Shown here in pieces: positions 55,297 to 64,000 of a stretch of DNA of 64,000 nucleotides. This DNA is from Octopus sinensis (taxonomy: Eukaryota). The position numbers and the translations under genes were made by a program. The notes beneath the pieces are model-generated. The model saw nothing but the letters and a program-made list of their open reading frames with translations. It searched no databases and was not told the DNA's origin. The number at the start of each line of letters is the position of its first letter. Positions within the stretch are counted from its first letter, which is position 1. Location: NCBI RefSeq assembly GCF_006345805.1, contig NC_043003.1, forward strand, positions 82,150,001-82,214,000, given 5' to 3'.

Positions 55297-56799
55297 TATT
55301 TTAAGTTCCAAATGATATTCAGTACCCACTCTGCTCTATTTTTTTTTTATCATTACAGATTGCTTTCACGTTTAATATTTTCTTCGTTTTTCATTTCCAT
55401 TTTTCTTAAACTTTATTCTTACTTTTCTTCGATAATCCTTCCCTAGTCTGTTATTTTCTCCTGCTTTTTTTAAATATTTTCTACTCTGAGCTTTCCATTT
55501 ATGTTAATTAGTTGTCGTTGAATAATTTAGCTTGAGTGATTATGCTAACTTACGATGACAAGTCTCTCTTTGGAACTGCAAAACTAACCCGCATACTGCT
55601 AAATGATGAAGAAAAGCTCACGTCATTTGTACAGCTGTAAAATTGAAATATGTTAACATCTTTTATTCTGACTGGGAATTACAGATTGCTGAGAAATATA
55701 TCACATCACCAAATGCCAATACCTTGTGTTTCTATGAAAGTTAATAACATCTTGATTGTAAGAGGATTCACTTTTCATAAGTGTCAGAACCTCTTTACGT
55801 AATCTTCTTAAAATATGAGGTGTATTTCAGAATAAAATGCGATTTATATAAATGTAACTTTCCAAATACATGACAAAATTTTTGACATATTGCAGAAACT
55901 TTTCGGTGGAAAGACACAGCATTGCTTTCATCACATAGATAGGCTTTAGATTTTTTTTTTCTGTCATAGTACTAAATATAAAGATAATAAAATCAACTCA
56001 GTGTAAACGGTTACCAACATTTATACTGATCAAGTATTTCAAGTGTCACCTGAAATCAGTAACATATAAATAATGTTATTAATCTGGAATTCAACGAAAT
56101 TAACCGATAGAAGAAGTCATTACACGCATAAAAGTATTTGAAAAAGTAATCGTGATAAAAGTATGTCTAAGAGCTTTCACTGTTGCCAGCTTTGGAGGAA
56201 AACTTTTTTGTATAACTGCTCCAACACAACAAAGGAAAAGAAGCTAACAACCACGGAGAAAACTTCACCGATATCCTATTTAAAGTTAGAGAGAGTAATT
56301 AAAGATATTACTATTTATATCTGATTATAAATAATGAAACCTAACATAGTATATTGTAGTAACAATTTACATGGAATATCAAGGTGAGAAAGATTAAGCA
56401 AATATAACAAAATAATACAACTTAATATGATACATTCATTTCATTGAACTATTACCAGTATATGTATACAGATCTAATACTTCTTGAAAGGAAAATACTT
56501 TTTAAAGATCCAGCTATCTATTAAAACTAGTATATTCTATGCGCTTTACAATGTTATAGACTAGCGTAGTATAACGTTTTCCGTTTATGATTTTGCTTCG
56601 GGAATCTAGATTAAATATTAATTCATCTCAAGTATGCATTATCCGAAATATTATATTTGTAATAGAACTACGCAAGCAACACCCACTGCGCATCACGACA
56701 TCGGTTCCATTATGACCAGAAGAACTGCTAAAATATGCGAAATTTCCAATCTTATAGTAATTACACACACAGTCATAGTTATATACATGAATACTTATC

Positions 56800-56937
56800 T
56801 GTATGTATTTATGTATGCATGTATGTACGTACGTACGTATGTATGTATGTATGTATGTATGTATGTACGTACGTACGTATGTATGTATGTATGCATGTAT
56901 GTATGTATGTGTGTGTGTGTTTGTGTGCGTGTGTGTA
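56800..56937. repeat. (TATG)n/(TACG)n/(TG)n microsatellite
   Basis: Direct inspection. Confidence 0.93.
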
Positions 56938-57662
56938 TAATGATCTCAGATATTATAAACAGTGAGCTGAGACAGAAACGAGAAGCTGGCCCACTCATAC
57001 AGATATAGAAATGGATATGTATCTATGTATGCTTTGTGTGTATATGTGTGCCCGGGCGCGTGTATGTGTAAGTGCTTGATAGTGGGCACATGAATGCTGG
57101 TCGATTATAGCTCAGATATAAGGGAAAACTGTAGAGTAACATCTCAGTCGTCAATATAGCTCACAACAGGAGCGAACAGAACGGAAATCAGATCATCATG
57201 TCAAAATCGTATAAAAGCCTTTGTTTCAACAAGCTTTAACAGGCTAAGTGGTGAAAGGCGGAGGAGAAAAGCGATTGTAAATAAACCACCTACACTGACC
57301 CATAATCTACATACTTGCAACACAAACGAGCTTCTTTTCAAATCGATGACGGGACTCAAATTTTGCATTCTACTTATGCGTTGTGACTGACAAAGAAAGT
57401 GTAGACTGCGGGACCCTCATACGTCGAAACTGTCGGAAGAGTCCATCACACACATACACATATATTTATATATACACACATATATTTTTCTCTTTCTGTG
57501 TGTGTGTAAACTACACGTCTATTTACAAAGTTTTAATATAAAATAATCTCAAAATAACGTGGTTTACAACTAATTTATGGTCCTTTATAACAAGTTTATC
57601 GGCCCCATACTTGCACATCATATATATGATATTTTGTATCATGTGTCTAATTATATATCTAA

Positions 57663-58060
57663 CTAGCAGTATCGCCCGACGTTGCTCGGGTTTGTAAGGG
57701 AAATAACTATATAAGCATTTTTAGAGAGTTATAGCCAAAAAATAGCAAAAAAATGCACTAAAAATGGAAAAAAAAGATGGTAATTTTTTTTAAATCGTTG
57801 ACTCATTGTAGACATTTTTAGAGAGTTACTTCTCTTATATAATAGCGAAAAAATGCATTAAAATGGAAAAAAATGATGGTAATTTTTTCTTTAAATCGTA
57901 GACTCATCGTAGACGCGCGCTAATGACCAGAAGGGCTCGATATGTATCACGACTATAAGATACCCGGTTTTGGTTAAACTTCACCGCAAAATGTGGGAGT
58001 AGTTAGGAATCTAAATCGTAGGAGACAGACAGCACACAACCTCTGTTTTATATATAAAGA
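57663..58060 (-). mobile_element. Non-autonomous Helitron with internal ~97-bp tandem duplication
   Basis: Minus strand: A|TCTTTATATATAAAA...CCCGA-GCAACG-TCGGG hairpin...CTAG|T. Internal repeat CATTTTTAGAGAGTTA...GTAGAC x2 (~57716-57915). Confidence 0.85.
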
Positions 58061-60656
58061 TATGATTTCTAGTTGAATACATTTTTAACATATTATCCGA
58101 AGCTAATCCAGAAGCTACAGCTAGATAGTTTCGTTCGTACATTTCGTGGAGATAATTTTAATCTTTCAAAAACCACGGCTCCAACATATTTTAGTCCTTT
58201 TTGTATATGATCATGTAGTTAAATCAGAAAGATAACCTGCACGTGTTTAAACATTTCATTTTCACGTATAAATATATTTTTGTTTGTATATGTATGCGTC
58301 TATTGAGGCCATACATATTCACAGACGTTGTCTTATAGCTTCAAATGAAGGAAAATGTCAAGAATGCTGTTGAATATGAATAACTCTATAGCGAATAACT
58401 GTAAATAACCAGGTTTTCAAATATTGCAACACGTATGTGAAGTGTGAAGTTAAACAGCTGTTGACATTCAAATCTTCAAATGTTAATATTCATGACAAAA
58501 ACGCATTTGTAAATGCCTGTATTGTAAGCCAACTAGTTTACAGAGAATGCTTTCTCTGCAATTAGGCAATGGCTTACTTGTAAATCAAACAGTGAGGATG
58601 GGTATTCAATAAATTTGGAATCAATGTACCCTACTGTGTTTAATGTGACGTGAAATCCTGTTTGCTTTCTAAGCATGCTTCTTGCAAAATGGGCCACATG
58701 TTTATGCTGCTATATTACCTCAATTTACAAAACCACATTATATACTGACGTTAGAATATATAGTTTTGTCAGTAGTCCTTCAACAGGATGGAAAGGACCG
58801 GTGTTTTATGTTTCAGGTATATTACACAAACTTCTTAAAAGTTAGGACTTGCTGTGCTTTTGCTATGTAAATAGGTTTAATTGTTAATTTTATTTGAAAT
58901 AATTGATTACCCCTATTTCATTTCTGCGTTATGTTGTATTAACTAGTGAAGGAATGCATATTTTCAGTAGCTACTGATAACTTGTTAGATCTATTTTACA
59001 GTTTCCATAATCAGGGCACAATATCTAACAACAGTTAGAGTAATTTCTTATTTTTATTGATTTAACCAGAATGTTGGGAGTCTTCTATGAAGTATGAAGC
59101 GTATTATCGCTACTTATAGTATATGTTCACTTGAAGTAATTCCTAAATGCATATTGAAATGAAAGACATAATGTTAGGTACAAGGCATTTAATAATTTAG
59201 GGAATACGAATCTCTGCTCTGTGGCAATTGAAATATGACGTCAAACGCTTTTTAGCACTATAATCTACTTATCTACAACAGAATTTTCCATAATGCTTTA
59301 GCAACATATATATTCCCGTTATTGTGCCTTGAATTTAGTTCGTACGAGAGCAAATATACAACAACCACCACATTATTCTGAAATGCTAATCTATATTTTA
59401 TAGACAGCAGTATTCTGTTTGTATCTAGAGGTAAAAATATGGATTATCCTCTACACTGGGAATTTCCATAACGTAAATAATTCTCATTAGATATTGCTGC
59501 ATCACCAGGTTTTATAATGCACATTTTAAATATCGTATTTTAGGATTAATTCATTGGGAACTGTGAGAGGTATTGTGACTGTTAGATCTGAGGAAAAGGA
59601 GAGAATAATGACTACACAACTCCCTTATAAATGTATTTCTGAAGTGAAAATTCAACAGAATGCAACTTTTTAAGATACCTCTCAGCGTTTATTCATATAT
59701 CAATGTTTCAAAGGAGAAAATAAAGCTGCCGGGTATGAAACGCATACTTCAGTTCCATTCCAAAATTCTATTTAAAGGCGCAAAATTTAGGTCTTACTAA
59801 CCGTAACCTTTCTCCTTAATGGCATTATTATCAAATGTAGTTGAAGACATTGTGTTCCATCTGCCTGCTAGATTTGCGAACAATGTTGATGAAATAATGT
59901 ATTGAAGAAGGGGAATGCGGGGACGGTAACAAATACCACTAGTTATGCACTCATAATCACTTGACTTTTGTATAACGTGTCATAGTAGTGAATAGCTTCT
60001 CTGAAGATCAGAAACAAAATAAATGTTTCACAAGCGGAAATGTTGTTAAATGAGGAAATAGATTGTTATGCGGGGTCACGTAGACAATGATAGTGATGGC
60101 ATTGAAATGATTAGTATAACTGTGTGGTTTATTCTGAAAGAGGCTGTACAACACTGCCAAAAATTAAACGACCCTCTTTCAGTCTTTTACTTACGTAGTT
60201 GTATTCATTCAATTCTCAATATCAATGTATACTTGACCAATACTTAATATCTCATTCTCGAAAGTATTTAGTGTTTGAATTTCTTTAGACAATAGTTAAG
60301 AAGCTATATTCTCTCTTCAAATAGCTCTCTTACCACATTTTCCTCATCAGTTATTCTATCTTTAAATATTCACGCATATCAGTAAATATACATACACACT
60401 GGCAGATACTACACCAACGTAAACACAAAAATAGGCGTCTATAACCACAAGCTAACATCGTTAAATCATATTACCACAGGCTGAGGGTAATTTCTTCACG
60501 GGAATTCTTTACAAAATGTAGATACATATATAATATAGCAAGCTCTAAGACCTTCGATTAACTAAGATTATTCAGGTAAACAATAGACAAACAAAATTTT
60601 TAAAATCCGAAGGATCTTAAATTCTCGCAAAATAAAAGTAAAGGTAATTCCAATGA

Positions 60657-60890
60657 TGTGGAGGCGCGTGACTTAGTGGTTAGGGTGTCAGCATCATGAT
60701 CGTAAGATTGTGGTTTCGACTCTTGGACCGGGCGACGCATTGTGTTCTTGAGCAAAACATATCATTTCACGTTGCTCCAGTCCACTCAGCTGGCAAAAGT
60801 GAGTAACGCTGCGATGGACTGGCGTCCCGTCAAGCTGCGGAACACATACGCCATTGAAACCCATGAGCCTGGCTAGGCTTTAAAAGGGCG
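60657..60890 (+). mobile_element. tRNA-derived SINE with V-domain-like motif and 10-bp TSD
   Basis: tRNA-like head GGAGGCGCGTGACTTAGTGG...GGTTTCGACTC; GCGATGGACTGGCGTCCCGTC (V-SINE-like, from memory); TSD ATTCCAATGA at 60647-60656 and 60898-60907. Confidence 0.85.
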
Positions 60891-61414
60891 CCAAAATATT
60901 CCAATGACATAAAATCTTCTTTTACGAATGACAATGGGGATTGTCATCTGGCTAAACACATCGATAGGAAGCTATTACAAAAAATAGATATGCAATAGTA
61001 GTACAAAAAATAGGGCAGTTTCAAGAGACTAATTACCAACAGTAACTGCTGCTACTATGGTGAGGGGTTCCTGTATTTCGCAAGATCGGCTAGCTTGCAG
61101 AAAATCTATTTCCGCCTCTCCAAAATAATCCCGTGAACATGCAAGGCATTTCTGTGTGTGTGTGTGTGTCTGTGTGCGTGTGTGTGTGTGTGTGTGCGTG
61201 TACTCCTTTCTCCATCTTTCTGTGAGCCTTAGACATTTCAAAAGTAATTGTTTGCACGATGTAACGAGTGAAGATAGGACATGGAGTTAAACTCAAATAT
61301 GGATGCACAAAGGACAAACAAATGTGTGCCTTTCTCTCTGAAATCGTACCAGAACACATTTTCCTTAACAACAAAAAAATTATAACATTTCATCACTAAG
61401 TTAAATGAAAAAGA

Positions 61415-61490
61415 TACGAGAACATACGGTCAAAATGCCGCTAAGTATTTTACCCGACGTACAAACAGTACTGCCGGCACGCCACCCTAA
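61415..61490 (-). mobile_element. Old SINE family M head fragment
   Basis: Minus strand: AGGGTGGCGTGCCGGCAG...GGTAAAATACTTAGCGGCATTTTG. Confidence 0.5.
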
Positions 61491-61630
61491 TAGGAGTTTA
61501 TACTGAATGCTGATTAATGCATAAACTGATAATGAACAGAGTCCGAAATGTAGCTTCAAACACACATGTATATTTCTATAATATGAAATTCTGGCATTCT
61601 TACAGTCATACCTGTGTGAGTATATGTATA

Positions 61631-61730
<100 letters not shown>

Positions 61731-61736
61731 TGTATA

Positions 61737-62122
61737 CTCTCTTTTCTCTTTTACTTGTTTCAGTCATTTGACTGTGGCCATGCTGGCGCAGCGCCTTTAG
61801 TCGAGCAAATCGACTCCGGGACTTATTCTATCGGTCTCTTTTTGCCGAACCGCTAAGTGACGGGGTCGTAAACACACCAGCATCGGTTGTCAAGCAATGC
61901 TAGGGGGACAAACACAGACACACAAACACACACTCACATACATATATATATATATATACGACAGGATTCTTTCAGTTTCCGTCTACCAAATCCACTCACA
62001 AGGCATTGGTCGGCCCGGGGCTATAGCAGAAGACACTTGCCCAAGATGCCACGCAGTGGGACTGAACCTGGAACCATGTGGTTGGTTAGCAAGCTACTTA
62101 CCACACAGCCACTCCTGCGCCT
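61737..62122 (-). mobile_element. Full-length SINE family C (tRNA head + CORE-like region + internal microsatellite + tail)
   Basis: Minus strand: AGGCGCAGGAGTGGCTGTGTGGTAAG...GGTTCAGTCCC...CTTGGGCAAGTGTCTT...(TA)(TG)...CAAATGACTGAAACAAGTAAAAGAG. Flanked by TA-rich microsatellites. Confidence 0.92.
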
Positions 62123-62167
62123 ATATGTATATGTATATATCTATATCTATCTATCTATCTATCTATA

Positions 62168-62202
<35 letters not shown>

Positions 62203-62221
62203 ATATATATATATATTATAT

Positions 62222-62348
62222 GTAGAAAATACAAACTGGGACAAGAACGTAAAACATATGGAAGACGATACAAAAAACACGGACGGGACATTCGAAGCCT
62301 TCAATCTTCAGTCAAGAACCGGATCATCCTAGCAATTTCGGCTGATTA
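62222..62348 (-). mobile_element. Possible Penelope pLTR fragment with partial hammerhead-like motifs
   Basis: Minus strand begins CAGCC-GAAA-TTGCTA (like the 3' half of a hammerhead) and contains CTGAAGA. Lies between microsatellites. Confidence 0.35.
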
Positions 62349-64000
62349 TCTATATCTATATACATACATACATATATATATCATGGCTATAGTCAAATGA
62401 CTGAAACAAGTAAAATAATATATATATATATATTACATAAATTCGAATGAAAGTTGCAGGGGTAAAAGATGGAAAGGCCTTCCGAATTTCAAAAAATTAT
62501 ATAAGTAGTTCCTACTTAGCAATCTGTATCGATCAACACATGGACACATATATCTCACCCAATCGCTAAAGTTTTTGCGTATGACCGTGATTATCATAAT
62601 GTCAACAAACAACATATGATGTATAATAATAATTTCTATGTTAATTTTGTTATCAGATATATTCTATTTTGGGCGTAATGTGATAAGTAATTATTTTAAC
62701 GAATTTACTCACGATATCCTTTGTCCGTGCAGATTATATAGCAAACATTTTAATCAATAACTAGATGATTAGATGAGAGAAATTACAATTTCTCGCTCGC
62801 TATAATTATCTTCAAAATTTGCTTTCTTGGGACATTTAATGAAATGATGATTTCAATAACAATATGTCATAATTTAAACGTACAACTAACATAAAATTGT
62901 TATAAAAGACTGTAGCAGCTTTCCTGTATAAAGAATCATTTTCAAAAAGACATCTAAGTTTTCTTCATCTTACATATACAATTCTCTCCATAAATACATT
63001 CCTTCGTGAATATTAAGCCATGAATATAAATATGATCGATATGTCTAGCTGAAGTCTTCGGTAAATGTTGAAGACAAGTAACTCTAAACCTGAGCCAAGA
63101 TGCTCAAACATTGATTTTTCTCTTCGTTTTGAGAAGGTTACTGATTTCAATGTTCTTCATTCTCAGTTTAACTGACTGAAGTGAATGGGATATTTCTATT
63201 TAAAAATGTTATGTTATTATAACGGAGAAATCGACACATACTCAATTTTAATTGTATCTAGAATTATCAATATTTTCCCAATAATTCTGTCATACTCTAA
63301 GTGCTTGTTTTGTTACTTATGAAATCGATAGTTTTAATCAATAGTCGTACAATTATTATCACTTCATTCTAACACCTTATGTGTTGACTTTTTTCTCATT
63401 GTTATTGTGGTTTGTGTATTTCTTTCTCTCAGAACCTTTTTGTTAAAAGTATACAATACGGCATCATTCTGATAACTTCTTTTCAGTTCTTCCTTATTCG
63501 ATGAAAATGTCATTTATTATTAAACAGTAAATAGGAATTAAAATACAGGCCCGAGGCAATTACTTGATTGTGGGATCTTAATTTAATTCCTATGCCTAAT
63601 TGCAAGAATATTCTGTTCATAACTTTTAACTAACTTCATCAGAATTAAACATTAGACAGCTGTATTGTATTTTAGGATCTTTTTGTTTTTGCTTTATAAA
63701 ACTTCATTATCTAAGGCAGTAAAACCTCTCATATCAATAGCTATTTACCATTCTTCTGCTGATGCTTTCCTTGATGATATTAAGTAGTATGAAATCCAAG
63801 TGATTGCATTCGGTTTGGGGTTACCTTTTAGATATATTAGAATTGATTAATTTCTTTCAATGTTTTCGATAGTTTATAATCTGCTAATGAGACTAATAAA
63901 ATTCTTATAACTTCTTTGCTACTTCAACACGCTGAAGAATACTTTTAAAATCTCTCATCAAAATATTTCCTTTGCAAGATAAATTAACATTTTATGCACT

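Noticed and set aside
63745-63830. Minus-strand KGNPKPNAITW, resembling an Ig-domain motif
   Set aside because: In-frame stop shortly upstream, no preceding Cys in frame and a weak acceptor; likely chance.

Overview
AT-rich animal genomic DNA dominated by microsatellites and transposon relics. The repeat content ((TA)n/(CA)n/(GATA)n, several tRNA-derived SINE families, Penelope, mariner, Helitron) suggests an octopus or other coleoid cephalopod; that is an inference, not proven. I can identify no intact host gene, so the window is probably intronic or intergenic, and most ORFs in the track are microsatellite or SINE artefacts. Supported features: two decayed mariner transposons, two decayed Penelope-like retroelements (RT + GIY-YIG), an R4/Dong-like LINE fragment, two non-autonomous Helitrons, two TA-flanked MITE/foldback elements and many SINEs. 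The most striking signal is a set of Penelope-type terminal repeats (pLTRs) carrying minimal hammerhead ribozyme motifs, often inverted and inserted in (TA)n. Best examples: a near-perfect ~310 bp palindrome at 51747-52060 with one intact and one core-mutated hammerhead, and a Penelope 3' end at 19218-19460 that joins a tRNA-like Pol III head, (AAT)n and a hammerhead.
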